Origin: Octopus vulgaris
Taxonomy: Eukaryota
DNA length: 64,000 nucleotides
Assembly: GCA_951406725.2 (NCBI GenBank)
Contig: OX597814.1
Coordinates: 20,894,001 to 20,958,000, forward strand
Reading direction: 5' to 3'
The translations under genes and the position numbers were made by a program. Position 1 is the first letter of the stretch. The number at the start of each line of letters is the position of its first letter. Shown one piece after another: positions 63,463-64,000 of this stretch. A model generated the notes under the pieces. The model did no database searches, was not told the DNA's origin, and saw only the letters and a list, made by a program, of their open reading frames with translations.

Positions 63463-63744
63463 TATTAAAATTATAATTTAGGGTATCTAAGAGATACCAC
63501 CACGCTGGAAATAGCAGCCAAAACCTAACTCTAAAACCACATTAAACGTTCATACAGCACCAGGGGAGAAGACAAAAAGACAAAATAAACTAGCAAAAAA
63601 ATTATTTTTGCTAGTTTATTTTGTCTTTTTGTCATCTCTCCTTGTGCTGTATGAACATTTTTTTATGTGGTTTTAGAGTCAGCTTTTGGCTGCTATTTCC
63701 AGCATGGCAGTATCACTTAGACACCCTAAATTATGATTTTAATA
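63463..63744. repeat. Long palindrome, ~140-bp arms with almost no spacer
   Basis: Left arm TATTAAAATTATAATTTAGGGT...GACAAAATAAACTAGCAAAAA mirrors right arm TTTTTGCTAGTTTATTTTGTC...ACCCTAAATTATGATTTTAATA; centre near 63602. Confidence 0.92.
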
Positions 63745-63820
63745 ATAATTATTACCTTTGAAGGTTTTTATTCCTATGCTGGCCACTTGATAAAATCGAT
63801 ATTTAAATTAACAATCTTAT

Positions 63821-63879
<59 letters not shown>

Positions 63880-64000
63880 AGTTAGCTGAGTTAGAGGTTA
63901 AAATAACCATCACAGGGATAGAAGTATCCATTACACTACTGGTATACCAGCATATCATCTATGTTTAAGCATGGGCATAATTATTTATGCCCATAAATTA

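Overview
AT-rich, repeat-dense eukaryotic (animal) genomic DNA. The SINE/RTE/microsatellite landscape suggests an octopod cephalopod (inference). Three spliced genes can be reconstructed. (1) The first exon of a minus-strand gene for a signal-peptide protein (335-561). (2) Head-to-head with it, a plus-strand gene with a probable non-coding first exon (donor at 789) and four phase-compatible coding exons (15767-15947, 26050-26779, 31464-31590, 35629-37767; 1058 aa). It encodes a strongly diverged NKRF-like protein: two dsRBD-like domains, no G-patch, a degenerate R3H-like domain and a ~590-aa low-complexity tail. (3) The last six exons of urocanate hydratase (UROC1) on the minus strand (62937 down to 48510), which the ORF track largely misses. 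Introns and intergenic DNA hold a near-full-length PHD-containing RTE LINE, two split/inverted RTE insertions, decayed Tc1/mariner elements, MITEs, two Helitrons, several SINE families, long hairpins and a set of Penelope/retrozyme-type hammerhead ribozyme motifs, two of them well formed. Family assignments rest on recalled motifs, not database searches.
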